A stretch of 64,000 bases of DNA from Ascidiella aspersa (taxonomy: Eukaryota): the NCBI GenBank assembly GCA_963924565.1, contig OZ004610.1, positions 14,260,001 through 14,324,000 of the forward strand, written 5' to 3'. Under the pieces are notes generated by a model. The model was not told the DNA's origin and did not search any database. It worked only from the letters and a program-made list of their open reading frames with translations. Each line of letters opens with the position of its first letter. The stretch's first letter is position 1. Below are positions 23,297 to 36,722 of the stretch, one piece after another. The position numbers and the translations under genes are program-made.

Positions 23297-26200
23297 CGTT
23301 AGGCCATAATGTATTATACAGTAGTTTTTACATGAACTTTGCTCAGTCAGCAATAATTTGTCGCTGAGCGGAAGCAAATTTAACTGAATTCGTAAGGTTG
23401 AAACTGTTTATCGCTTTCGTGCAAAGATCGTTGTTAAAAAAACTAAAAAACGGAGACCACTCACTCTTTAGTTCGATATGATGTTTTATGTTAGCCTGCT
23501 TAGCCTGACAAGTATAACAAAACCGATAACATGTTTGGTTAACACGTGAAAACGTGCAGAACGCTTTCCAGTAATAGCTTGTTAATAAAAATAAGCTAAC
23601 TCACAGTGAGCGAGTTTAAAAAACGACTCTAACCGAATTCTAACTTGTTTTTTTAGATTTGAGCATTTACTCTCATTTCGGTTGCCTCTTACACAAGGTT
23701 ACCTCATACAGCAGTTACGCCATACTCTAGCTTGCTGTTGATCTGTGGCGCACCGGAGGCCCTTACGTGCAAAAGTCAATACCTCGCAAGCAGCAGCTTA
23801 ATCGCACTGTGACGTCACTCCCAAGGGGATGGTGTTGCTTGTCAGATAGCGAATATCGCAAGCCACTCAAGGCGAAATGTCAAGCCCGACAGAGCTACGT
23901 TCACCACGAGCTGCATGAGTGCAGTGCTGCTTTGGAGACTGATTTAAAGGGGTGGATAATGTCAAATACCGGCGTTGTAATACTGCACAATAAATCCAAA
24001 CAATAAATACATTCAGTTGACTCTTGGACGAAATACAACAGCATTTGGCAAAGTTTAAAGCTGTGCAAATTCAAAACGCTTTCGGCGTAATCAAATCGCG
24101 CATCTGACCATAAGCAGTAAACTTTGTTTCGATACATATACGACACCTTAGTCACCAAGATGGTAAACTTCCGGTGTGCTAAACCTAATTTGGACAAAAG
24201 CAAAACCAAGTCAGTGCCTCGTCATAATGCTGCCTGCCGCAAATGATTTTGACACTTTTCAAGCGGCCGGTATCGATTTTATCAAGCCACCTGTCGTGCA
24301 ACGCATGGCCAACGGTCATCTCTAACCTTGCTGACAACAACGCAAGGCAATAACAAGGTTTTCCAATCAATAAATATCTACGTATATTTACAATGTTATT
24401 TTTGACCACATATATTAGGAGGATTAAATTATAAATCAAATCCTGAAGGCTAAAATTGCGATTTAATATTCCATAGGACTCGTAAAACGTTTTGCTTTCT
24501 TTTGTTAGTGGTATGCTCCCTTGGGCTTTTTTGTTTTTTGGCACTTTTGCCACAAAACATTCAATGTGTTTTGGCTTGCAACCTACCGGATAAAACACTA
24601 AATAATGCAAAGCGCAGCACTAACTGCCTGTCACTTCGATTACCTTAAGACACGTGCATTTAAAACAGATATACATCACGTTTTACGTTACAAAACACCT
24701 TTAGTTCAAATATATCTACCATACACTCAAATGCGACAATGACCAGCACTAGCTAACGCTCACTTGCTTGATTCACACACATTATTGCCAAACGTTCACC
24801 ACTGGCGAAATTGTAAAGTTGGAAAAATCTGAAATCACGTAAATAACGCTGGCGAATGGTCTTGTCGGCAGGAAGCATTCGGGTGAACTGGAGCGACACA
24901 AGCGTTGCCCTGCAGCCACGCACATCGTCCTCAAGTTAACCGCTTTCAAAACGTACGACTACAATTGTAGTACCTGCCACTTCGTTAGAGCCTTCCACAT
25001 TTTGCAAAGCCTTTGATAACTTCGTGATCTGAACCAAATTCATTCATATGGCTGACATTTAATTTAATATTGGTATTAAGGCCTGGTTAAGTAAGGCCTA
25101 ATTAATTTTGGTTCTTATGGATTAGATGTACGCTGATATTGGAATGCGGGTTTTGATAGGCTTTTAAATTGTCTGTCGAAACTAAGATCAAGATAAGCCA
25201 GTTTGTAAGCATACTCCCGATCATTAAACGGACGTAAATGCATCCAGTCAAATATAACCCTTTTTCACGAGTAGAATAAAGTTTGCTTCGCAAAACCATA
25301 ACATAAACTTAAACTGTGGTCTGTAAATGAGCAGGAACCCTGACTTAGGCTACAATGTAATTCAGTACAGTACTAAATTTGGAAGTAATACTGTAGTCTT
25401 TTCGTGCTTGATACCTGCAAACGAGCAAATGTTGGTTGGTGGCGACAATAACTTTTCTTTAATTAATAAAAGCTAGCTTGTATTGCGTTGTCAGATCGGT
25501 CGCAAAGACTTTAACTTTAGGTACAGCTATAAAAATGTTCCAATATGCCACTTGAAGACAAATAGATATAGTTATAGAATGAATGGTTTCGAGCACCACT
25601 AACGAAAACGCTCGGTATAGTATGATTTTTGTTGATATTCTCTACTGTGAAAAATACCTAACAGTTGTGTGCAAATACCGTGAATTTTCCAACACTTTTT
25701 AATGGAAACTTATTGAATGGTCAGATATTTAGATATATTTTATGTTAACATATGCGCTCCCAGGTTTTCAGAAGATAAATACAAATAAAGAAAATGTAAA
25801 AAAGGTAGGAGGTAACTGGTGTCATAAGTTCATTTATTTCCGAATAGAAAACTATATTTTTGGTGATATCCAGTTAAAACTGCGGACGTGCTGAAATACT
25901 TTAACGGGCTATATTCAATTTGAATGAGTTCAGGAAGTGGTAAGCATTTGATTTCCAGAAATGTTTAATCAAAAGCTTTTCCCACTAGCTATTGGCTTTT
26001 CGCTCGTAAGGCTTGCTTAATTAGATTGGTAATTTCACATCTAACAAAGCTGCCATGTTCGCAACAAGTAAATTTGGTAAGTGCTATCCAAAATATACTG
26101 CGTGTTGATTTTGTTACCTGCCACACTACAGTCTTGTTACATAAATATAAATCTAATAATGATAAAATAAAACAAAATACCGACCGATGTGTAAAATTAA

Positions 26201-27501
26201 TACACGATGTAACAACTACAGTGTGGTTTGTTTACCATCAGATTAAAAGCATCTTCACGAGAAAGACAGACTCAATTTTCAATTGTCAGCACTCATTAAC
26301 ATAACGTTCCGTAGTTTCCTAAAGAAAATGAACAATGGTCGGCGGAAACTAGAAAACAGCTTCTGTTGCGATCTAAACACACCACGCGTCAGTATAAATC
26401 CAGATCTAGCAAATTGTAATTGTGTTTATTATAAATCCTTTTTAAATAAAAAATTCCTAGGTAAAACGCCATGTATACATTTTAACATCCACGAAAAAGA
26501 GCAACCCTGGCAAAAAGGTTTGTTCTGCTTTAAAATGCGAGCCCGAAAAAAACGCTTGGTATTATGCCCGAGGAAGCTCTGACCCACTTGTTTTGAGTTG
26601 CCGTGGCGTAGAACAGGTGGCAGACAAAGTCAATTGGCAGCCGTGGTTGTTAAGATGGAATGTTTGGACAATATAAGTTTGAGAACAGGCGCAAATCGAC
26701 AGAAGCCATTAATTATCGTAAAAAGCTTCGAAATGCGTTATTTTAATATAATTGACGTGAGGTAAGAACGTGGTAAAAACATGTTTTATACAGTATACGC
26801 AAAATATGACTTTTAAATTGGAGAAAAGTGGATGTTTTCAAATGAAACATCGCAGCTTTTTAAACATGCCAGGTCAGACTACTTTAGTAAAAAAGTTTTA
26901 GCGAAATATACCATTTAATTTCTATTAATGTTATCCGGGAAGTTTTGTTGAGAGGCAAAACATGCTAATGCCCATAGGCATATCACTATTGAAACATTTA
27001 CCATCCTATCCAGTCAAACGAAAGTAAATACATTTTAGGCGTACTAGTTATTCATTAAACATGCCCGTCAATAAAAGCAGCTTTAAAGTTTTAAAACATT
27101 TTCTGTTTCTACATTCCAAACTTGTTTTGTTCCATCAATTTATAAAAGTTATCTTGAGTTTACAGAGCAATCTTTACCTAAAAAACTTTATATAGTGATA
27201 AGCAAGAAAATCTCTGCTGTCATATTCTTTAGATTTCTAAATTAAAGTGCAATACGTTTAAACCCTAGCGGTTTGTATTATAGAACGCACAATAAAACAA
27301 TAAACAAATTGTATTTACAACAGTGACAATCAGTTATTTGGTATGCATGGTTGTTTAACGGAAAATACATTTTTAGTACAGTTGTCTATAACGTGTTCTT
27401 TCCTCGTTGGAATTAAGGTCAAAAGCCCCTTAAACTGTGGTGCTTCCTTCCGAAGTGCAACTCATTTAATCCTCTGACAAAACCAGCAAGTCAGCACGGT
27501 A

Positions 27502-28614
27502 ATGAGCCTTTTCGAGAGCGGGTCGACATTCTGCGTGATCACTGGCGCAAGTCAGGGCTTGGGAAGATGCTTAAGCGTGAGTCTTGCCTCTCGTCTTCTG
27601 CCAGGCTCCGTCATGGTGCTGGTGGCAAGATCTGGACAAGGTCTCGAGAAGACGCGCCTACTAGCTTTAAGTGAGCGTGAAGCTGACAGCATTGCCGTGT
27701 TTTGTTTCGCCACGGACCTGTCTGAAGTGAAGTCGGCCCAAATTGACGCGATTCTGTCGCACGAGAGCAGCTGTGGTGAACGGCATCGGAACGCGCTGTT
27801 GATCAATAACGCAGGCTCGCTGGGCGACATCGCGACTAAGGCCTCGGCAAACCGAAGTCCAGACGATCTCGATCGCTTCTGGTCCCTGAACCTAACTTCG
27901 ACCCTGGCCTTGACTTCGGCGTTCCTCGCGCGATTTCGTGAATCTTCGGATATGAGGACGACGGTGGTGCAAATCAGTTCGCGGATCAGCGAACGACCGA
28001 CTCCCGGACTCTCGCTTTACTGCGCTGCGAAGGCTGCCCGGCTGATGCTCTTCAAGGTAACTGACAAATGCACATGAATTCTGTAATAGTTGACGGTCGT
28101 TTTATAACACATTACAGTTGGATAAGTGTTGCGATTTAATATGCCGCGCGTTGGCACAATGTGTATATAGTGGCTGTTTGCTATAAAGATGTGCTTATTA
28201 TGCTCAATTTGTTTTTAGTAAGGCGCAGTTTTGCTGATAAGGCTGCAGCCACAGCCTAGAAATGCTTCAGTAATCCGTTTATCGTTTGCCACAAACAAAT
28301 AAACGCCTGGTTGCCGTTAATAATCCAACGACAATCGTTTAAAGGTGCTTGCACTCGAGGAGCCCGAAGCACGTTTTCTCAGCTATGGCCCTGGGCCATC
28401 GAACACAGAAATGTGGAGGCAACTTCAGTCCATCTGCGTGCCCGAGATAAAAGAGATGTTTGCTCAAATGACCGCTAGAGGGCAGGTGAGGGATCCTGAG
28501 GAGCCGGTGCGTCACCTGCTGGACATACTGCAGGCCGACGAGTTTGAATCGGGCGCACACCTACTGATGCCTGATAGGCAGGTAGCGGATGATGAAGGGA
28601 ACGAACCTGTGTAA
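27502..28614 (+). CDS. SPR: Sepiapterin reductase-like SDR, about 274 aa. Exons: 27502-28056, 28345-28614
   Basis: Motifs TGASQGLG (Rossmann fold), LINNAGSLGD, the catalytic S...YCAAK, FK|VLALEEP, SYGPGP and FESGAH match SPR. One phase-0 GT-AG intron (AAG|gtaact ... tttaaag|GTG). Confidence 0.88.
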
Positions 28615-29315
28615 CTCTTTATGTCGTGTCGTTATTAAATCGCTAAAAACAACATATACATACTTACTTATACCTGACGGTGGTCATCACTGAACACTGC
28701 AGAGTATCCCGCCATTTTTCCCCTTGGTAAAACCAGGTGTTTTTCGTGCGGTAAAATTATAATATCATTTATATTTATACTGACACTTTAATCTATCCAT
28801 AAACCAAAAAATAGAATTCAGAAATCCCCGGCCTTTTCGGCCAATGTTAGGACGACAGTCACTTCCCCCTTTGCCCCTAACTTTACTTTTTACTTTTTTT
28901 AATAATAAAAATAAAAAAACGATTAAATGAAAACAACACCAACAGGCTGCGTCCGGTCGTCCGTCCATCCTTTACGTGTTTGTTTTGCGCTTTGGTGTAG
29001 CACAAAATGTCTAGCTCATTGCAGACTTATAATGTTGTGATAAACAATAAATAATGCGATTTATTTTAAAGTTCAAATTTAATTACGGTAAAACTTATAG
29101 ATGAACTTTGCCACTGTTCCATAGGCAAGGTTTTTGTATTTTGGCGGGCCGCCCCTCCTCTTTTAACAAAGCTGGTTTAGTCACGAATGACAAAGTAAAA
29201 TCTAATCGAAGCGTATCTACGTATACAAACGTTAAACTATTGACTTTGCAACATTCCAATTCAATAACGTTATTGTTTTGACGATTTTGTTTGAAAACGT
29301 GTATTTTCATATTTG

Positions 29316-29492
29316 TACCTGTGTATCATATTTATTATCATACATATTTTATTGTCCTTTTTACGCCTCAATTTCAATATTATCCATATGTTGGAACCTT
29401 AAGTAATACCTGTGTACCATTTTTATCATACATATTTTATTGTCTTTTTCACGCCTTAATGACAATATTATCCATTTTTGGAACCTCAAGTA
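29316..29492. repeat. Tandem duplication of a ~90-bp unit between SPR and the convergent gene
   Basis: TACCTGTGTA.CAT...TATCATACATATTTTATTGTC...CAATATTATCCAT..TTGGAACCT.AAGTA occurs twice. Confidence 0.8.
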
Positions 29493-30179
29493 GAAATAGC
29501 CATGTACAAAACAGTAATTACCATTCCCCATACCGATATATTCTTGTGCTTAGCAGCTGTCTATAGAAACTTCGTGGTAATTTGGCTTTAGGGTCCACTA
29601 CGACCCCAAAGAAAAAATATGGCAAACCTTGTTTGTATTTCTTGCTACTTAACTATTTTTAGTCTTCTTTCGTTTTTTGTTTTTAACTAAGCACTTTGTG
29701 TACCTTCTATCAACACCTTAATAACAACTTCGTCATATATTTTTGCGCACTTTTATTACAATAAAGGGACGCGTCAAATAAACATTAGAAAAAATCCAAA
29801 AGTCCCGGGAACAGGCGAATACATAAATAATGAGCAAAATTAAATCTCAAACATCATAAAAATCAGAAAGAAGAGCATAAAGCGGACCATCATAAGTTAA
29901 TCTTGAAGTTTCTGGTAAGAAAGAGTAGGTCAAAACAGGCAAAATTTCCCACATAACTCACCGAATGATAAAGTAACTTTCCCTAACCACATTTCACCTT
30001 GTTTAGGTAAACATAGTTACCGTGTGATTTATGACAAATAAAAATGAGGAAGTTGGGCTTAACAGAGAAGGCAGTCGCAAAATCTGTGAGAACGCATGGT
30101 CTTAAAACATCCTAAGCGGATTTTAGGAAAGTATACTGCAGAGAAACGTAACAACAAAAGAAACAAACGAAAAGACAGC

Positions 30180-33100
30180 TTAAAACAAAAGTTTTTGCGC
30201 TGGATTTGTCCGACCGCTTCCGCTCGTCGAATTTACGGCGAACACGGAAAGTTGCGGTGAAGAGTAGCTCAGCGACTTGTTCATGGTGGGAGCGGCCTCG
30301 GAAGAGCTCGCCCGACCCACGTCCGGCTTCGACGGCGATCTCTTCATGGAAGGGCGCCTCTTTGCAAAGGAGAGAAACCTGCGTTTCAGGGTGTTCGACT
30401 TCTGGGGCGACTTAGGTGTGATCGCGCTGCCGCCGCGGCTGTTCTGCTCTACAGACTCCATGACGCGACTTTCGATGTCGTTGGCCCGCTGCGCGCCATC
30501 GCCGTACTGAAACGGCGGCGTGACGTCACTGCTGGGTGGTTGTGAACCGCTCCTGACGTCAAGCATGTTGTGGGCGGGCAGGCTGGAGCGCCGGGGGTCA
30601 CGGCCGCGCGGTGACTTGCGCGAGAACTTGCGCATCAGCGAGTTGGAGCTGCGCTGTCGAGATTGCGCTGACGCCGAGAAGGTGTACTCGGAGGTGGCGT
30701 CCACCGAGCCCACCGGAATACAACTGTGGCCTGCTTGCCGCCTGGGGTCGTGCGAGAGCGAGTATTCGCCCCGACTGCGAAAGCCGTCCTCGTCGAACGA
30801 GCAATTGTTGTTGTTGTTGTTACTGTTGTTGTTGGTTTCGTTGCCGTTGCTTACGCAGATTTGGATCATGGCTTTCTTTTCCTCATGCGAGAGGTTGCGG
30901 GTGCTGTTCGACATCGAGCTGTTGCTGTTGTACACGAAGCGCTTGAGAGCTTTGAATGGACCCTTTTGTTGCCCGGCGGAAGGAAGCTGCAGATAAAAAT
31001 AGAACATCTTTTATAAATGTTAGATTTTTTTATTCTTTTAAATTAGATGCAATAAAGCCTTACAATTTTTAAAGAAATAACAGTTACATTTTTAAGGAAC
31101 TTAGAGATGAAAACATTCAGAATTTCTTTCATAGCGAACAAATAACCTTACGGGCTTACAGTCGCCTAACAAGTACGGCCTGAAACATTTCAACACACCT
31201 TGTCGCTGTTTGCTGAGTTGGTGCTCAGTCGGCTCCAACGCTTCGAGTCGAAGCCACTGCCGTCCGAGTCGGAGTCCCGCGACTTGGGCCGCTCGGTCCT
31301 CCCGTCGTAGGTAAAGTACGTTTCGACGGCGCTTGTGTCGCGACGTGCCCGTAGAGGGTCCAGGGTCGCGTAATCGCCGGCGCCGGACTGGAACGGATCA
31401 GTCAGCTCGCTTTCGCCACCGGAGAGCGGACGCGGAGGAATGGAGGAGGCGCGCTTCGAGGAAGACTTGCTCCGGCGTCCCAGCGTCCCGTAGCTCGTGT
31501 GCCGCTTGTACAGGGAAGCCGACTTCTTCTTGCCTCCCATGCCGCCTCCGCTGCTGCTGATCGACAGGTTCTGTGCAACGTCGTCGCTTGGCTCTGCAGC
31601 CACATGGTCTTCCGCGGGAGTGTGGAGGATTCGCTGGATGCGCTTGCGCGTGTGAAGAATTTTCTGCACGCGAAATTATTGTCGTTGTTTAGCGATATGA
31701 GGAAGTCGCGAGTAATGCTTTAGTTAACTGTGCAACTCTTGCGTGCCTAAGTTAAACTGTTTACGCAGCACAGTTCTTATATATTCATGGGATAGATGAG
31801 AAGAGCATGGATAAAGATACGGTTATAAGGAGAAAATATACTTTAGACTTTCCTATGTTATTCAAAGTCAGTCATTTTATAAGTTCTAGTCTTTAACAGA
31901 GAATTATATTTCGTCACAAAATATGGCATCATCAGTCTCTTTATGCGAATGTATTTCTCTGTTAAAGACTAGAACTTATGAATGACTGACTTTGACTAAG
32001 ACAGAAAAGTTCAATGTATATTTTTCTTCCATTTGAAGCCAATTTATTCATTCACGTGGAAGGGCGAGGAGATGTCATTCAGTTTGCCAATTATAAGAAG
32101 GCTAACATTTTATTGCGACACAGAATAATGTTGGTTCCTAAAAGCCAACTTTCGACCAAACAACTACACAACAGCGCTCAAAAAGGTTACGTCGTAACTC
32201 ACCGCCACGTCCAGGTTGGCGTATTTCGGGTTTGGCTTTTCGTCGCTGCTTTCGACTCCCGAGGACGATAATACCCCGGAAGAAGCGACAGATCCGACTG
32301 ACTCAGAAGATGAGGCGGCCGAAGATCTCTTGGACGAGTTATTCACATCGTGCTCGTCCTTACATTGCTCTTCGATTGACCCTGAGGAAATGATTTTAGG
32401 CAAAATTGAACAAACACTTCTAGCTTGGAGGTTGTAGTAAGACATAGGTATAAGTAGGTATCATTTTGAACGTTTCTAATAACTCTATTATTTTTTAAGA
32501 TCGTCAGGAAATAAAACCAACTTCTGTATGGGCTTTGATATTCTTATTACTTTTAGCTTTGTTTTAAAGTTTTTTTTATCATTATTTCAAACTTGTCTAT
32601 TCATATTACATTCAAATAATCCGTAAGCACAAAAATGTTGCATGCCTATCAGTCGCAAGTGCAACTTACTCAACTAAACACCGCACTCAACTCACCCTGC
32701 ATTTGCCTTTCCAGATCGTCACGTGACCTAGGCGTGGGTGATGTCATGAAGTCCATTACCTCGTCATAGTCGCTGTCGTCGAAGACCGACCTGCGGTGTT
32801 GCCCGCCGATTTGGCACTTTGCCAGGTCGCCAGCCACGTCGACGACATCGCAATCCTTGGGCTTAAGCACGCCGTAACCCTCATCTTCCGAGTCGTTGAT
32901 GGCTTTGCTGTGTTTGGCGTCCAGCGTGCTGTAGGCGCAGGATTCTGCACGAAAAAAGTGTGGGGCTTAATTTGTATAGCGGCTCAGTGTAAATAGGCCT
33001 ATTTGATACGGTCACAGAGTAATGGAACTTATGTAACATAAGAGAAAAATGTTGTTTTTTTCTGTTAAAACGGTTTTGGCGCCTTTACCGCAAGTATGTG

Positions 33101-34797
33101 ATCATTATGTAAAGCGAAACCATTTTGCGAGGGCCTCGTTTATTTTGGCTGTTTGTTCGCGAAAACCTATACGCATACCTGAGGCGGTATTTTCACGTGT
33201 CATTGCGCGTGGGTGTTGCATTGCTTTGTAGTGATTCAATGGTTGAAGTTTGGCACAAACAACCACTTCGGATGCTCAAAATTCGTTTTCGCAAACGCTA
33301 GATATTGGTTGCTTCGTTCGAAAACATTAGCATTTCACAAATGGTATTACTAAAATTATTGCCCATTTTCAAAAGCTGCCATTTGAAAGCTGCTATTTAG
33401 GGATATTACACGCAAACCCACCCACCCAGCAGCAGCTGTTGGTTCCCCTTGGCCGCCAGCGATCGCGCCCGTCCAATTCGCGTGTTTACGAAATCCACAG
33501 CAAGGCGCTGATGCGTTGCCTTGATTGAATTATCCGGGACACGGTCCAACTCTATTAGCGGACCTCAAACAATCGAATTTGTGCTGTTTAGCGACAGGAA
33601 AATCAGGCTGGCCCCTGCTACGCGCTTTTCAGCGGCAACGGTCCTGTCTTTGTGCTTTTTTTATTGAAGAGAGGGCGGTGTCAGGTTCAAGTTTTCAACG
33701 GGAACAAATGTGTTTTCTATAGGAAGCAGTCCACCACCGAAACTGTGTTTCGCCCCATTGACATTCTCACCACAACTTTGTGTTTGGTTGTTGCTGGAAT
33801 AAATACTCGAAAATTAATGTTTTTTAAGCTAAGTTGCCATCGTGTAAAGTTGTGTGATATTTACACAATTACAGGTGGGAAAATTTGCTATTTATTTTGC
33901 TGAACGGACAAAATGGGCACATTGCCCCCTAAACTATTAATAGGTTGCCCAACTAAAATGGTGCAGACTAATACCTATGTAGGCAGTTGTGCAAAGCAAT
34001 GGTAGTGGTTCAAACTCGCGAAAGTGACATTTCCTGTCAGTGATCAGGATTCGAAGCATAAACGCCCTGAAGTATGGCTATATATACGCATGTGAACATC
34101 GCGGAAATTACTAGAGAATGCACATAAACGATCCTAACTTATTTTTTCATCGCATCAAGTGCTTCCCCAAGAAATAAAATTTGATCCCGTCGCTCGCATC
34201 GTGGATGACTATAACAATACGAATATTTATAACCAAACACGACTTGCCAAGAATGACATCACACACAACCCACTCGGCTAGACCGATGAACCTTGGGTGG
34301 GTAAGAGCACATCCCATTTGTGAAATCACTGGGTGCGGCTAACGTATCGTTTATACGTGGAACAACTTTCTATAACGGGGTCTGACAAATTTCACAGTTT
34401 CGATGGGAAGTGGACGATTTTAGACCAGGTAAACAATTACGTAGCCATAGTCGGGCAACGGTTTACTTTTTTGCCCCACAGCACAAAAATGGCGAAAACC
34501 CCTTATTTAATGTTATGAAACTAGGTGAATTTTAAGCCAGACGAACTAAACAAAGCCAACATACCTAGGTCATATGCTTCGTTCGTGACGTCACGATCAA
34601 GCGCATACTGACTGAGGCGCTGATTGATCATGACGTCATCGTTAACGTGATTCCGTCCGGTTTCTTCCAGTTGCAACATTTCTTCCGTCGATGGGGATAT
34701 GTTGCGCTTGTAAGCGGCGTTTATTCCGACTTTAAAACTGGCCGTACGCAAGTGCTTGCAGCGCACCAAATAAGGTCGACTTATTGCAAATTTAAGC
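30180..34797 (-). CDS. Ser/Arg-rich disordered protein region with multiple YxxL/V motifs, about 643 aa. Exons: 34565-34797, 32696-32944, 32203-32381, 31199-31663, 30180-30986. Probable cytoplasmic tail of the upstream 7TM gene and/or a separately initiated adaptor
   Basis: Five GC-rich open exons joined by phase-consistent GT-AG introns (phases 1, 1, 0, 0), ending QKLLF-stop. The first exon starts in phase 2, so it needs an upstream exon. No recognised domain. Confidence 0.78.
30804..30833 (-). repeat. (AAC)n microsatellite encoding poly-Asn (NNNSNNNNN)
   Basis: TTG repeats on the plus strand, within the last exon. Confidence 0.7.
31846..32010. repeat. Long inverted repeat (foldback/MITE-like hairpin) in an intron
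   Basis: TCAAAGTCAGTCATTTTATAAGTTCTAGTCTTTAACAGAGAA (from 31862) pairs almost perfectly with TTCTCTGTTAAAGACTAGAACTTATGAATGACTGACTTTGA (to 31995). The stem extends imperfectly outward. Confidence 0.85.
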
Positions 34798-36681
34798 CTG
34801 AAATGAAAATAAAGTCATGAAATGAGGATAAAACTGCTTTAGTCTTACTTAACTTATAAAAAACTAGCTCGCAGTTTATACATCATAGCCGATTAAACTC
34901 GGACCCACTTAGTAACCACCTTATATGCATAGACTTGGTTATAGCTTTACAATTTATTATCCAGTACGAACACAAACAGTTTTTAACGCAAAACGCTAGC
35001 TTTGTGTTTCGTAACGACTGCACTCGATGCTCAACGCGCGTTGCGCTTGTTAAGGAAATGTCGCGAGAGTCCGACTCAGCAAAATACTGCACTGACGCTG
35101 ATCCGTCATTCGCTTGCCAAGGCGGAAGAGTATGCGACTTAGCGACCTGGGGCCGTGAAAAACAAACGCCCCTGTTACTTAAATTGTTACAAACTGAACA
35201 AATTGGCGTCGGTGTTCCGCAGCGGACCGCGTTAGCAGTTTAATGCATAATTAATGTGGCTGCCTGTGACAAGCAAACCCCTGTTATTCTGTTTTGCTGA
35301 GAAGAGAAAGTCATGGCAATTTAAGACCTATGGGCTGTTTAATACTAAGAAATGATTGTCTTCACTGGAAAGTTATGTAATGCTGGTTAAAGGCTGAAAA
35401 GTCGCACAACCTTTCATGACAAATTAGATGGTGTTTACATGTAAACCAAAAGGCTGTGTATGTAAAACATTTCACACTACACTTTCGTAGCGTCAAACAA
35501 AGCCTTTACGCTGCACTACTTAACGGCATTAATGCTATGCCAAATAAACCTAAACAGTTACTTGAACACAACATAGGCACAATGCACATGTTACACACTC
35601 CCCTTTCGAAAGTGAGACGAAGTGCAGAAAAAGAAGGCGGTTTGGCTTATAGCGGTCAACCAGGTTCACTGAAAAGCCATTGTCACCTATTCGAACACAA
35701 CAAGTTGGTGCAAATCCGTAACGTTCGTTAACTTAATCACCCTCATCCTATTTTGTCTCGTGCCATTGCCTGCGTCACAACGTCATCGTGCGTCAGTCAC
35801 GCGGCTTGCGTAACGCAACTTTTGGCAAATATACGAGAAGCGATCACCCTAAACATTCCGCGAAAAGTTGCGGGGGGAGTCATTGTAATGTCCGTTTCTC
35901 TTTAATTCGATTATAAGAAACTAGAAAACTATAAACAGACGTACAATAGCCCTTGTGACGAACGTCGTTGCGGTTATAAATTATCTTGACTTAAACAAAC
36001 GCTTCTAATAATAACTGCCTTTATGGTATTACGTTCTTAAATTAACACATATTCAAGCAACAGTAATGAGGCCGCAAAGCAAAAGCACAATATGCAAGAC
36101 ATAAGCTCGCCAGGCTGAACCGACATAAACTGGAAATCCAGTGTACGCTCACTTTCCTCATTTTGTCCCTCCTACTCACTTTTAGGTAAACGACACTCAA
36201 ATAAACTCTTTGATAGAACCTACCACTACTAACAAGTGTACTACTAAAACTTGTTCTGTTGCCTTCACCAAGTATTCCGCAGCCGTCTTGTAGCAGGTAT
36301 TGAAACGATACGCAGGGTCCGCGCGTCTGCGGCGAAATGGCGACTGCAAAAGCGCGCTCTCTCGGTGGCCCGGACAATTAAGCTCACGCGGTTACTTCTT
36401 CTCTCAGCGGGCCGACGCACAATAATAGCGGCGTTGAAAAGCGATTTCGGAATGATACGAACGAACTGATCAGCGCTACGTCGCGCGCCGCTCACTTTTA
36501 CAGCGTTATTCAGCTTTCGCGGCGCAGTCTTAAAACAGCTCTCTCGCTTTGCAGTTCCGGGAAATGTTAAAGTGGCAGCGTTTGGCTGAGCGAAACACAG
36601 CAACAAACACCCGTGCTAAAAGCCGATTTATTCGCGGCTTCGCCGAAGCGCGGGCAATTAATCAGCAGATCAGGTACATAC

Positions 36682-36722
36682 CTGCGTGGCGCTAACTCCA
36701 GCCGACCTGCAAGGCTCTGCAT
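36682..36722 (-). CDS. Candidate alternative first coding exon (MQSLAGRLELAPR-R) splicing onto exon 34565-34797
   Basis: GAAACATGC start context and a strong phase-2 donor CAG|gtatgt that matches the phase-2 acceptor at 34797. TATA-like TATAATAAAG about 70 nt upstream. Confidence 0.4.

Noticed and set aside
23690-26600. Possible hidden gene between Rab12 and SPR
   Set aside because: Only short ORFs, with no recognisable product or splice-consistent model.
30206-31016. Plus-strand ORFs, including a poly-Leu pseudo signal peptide
   Set aside because: Antisense shadows of the real minus-strand exon and its (AAC)n repeat.
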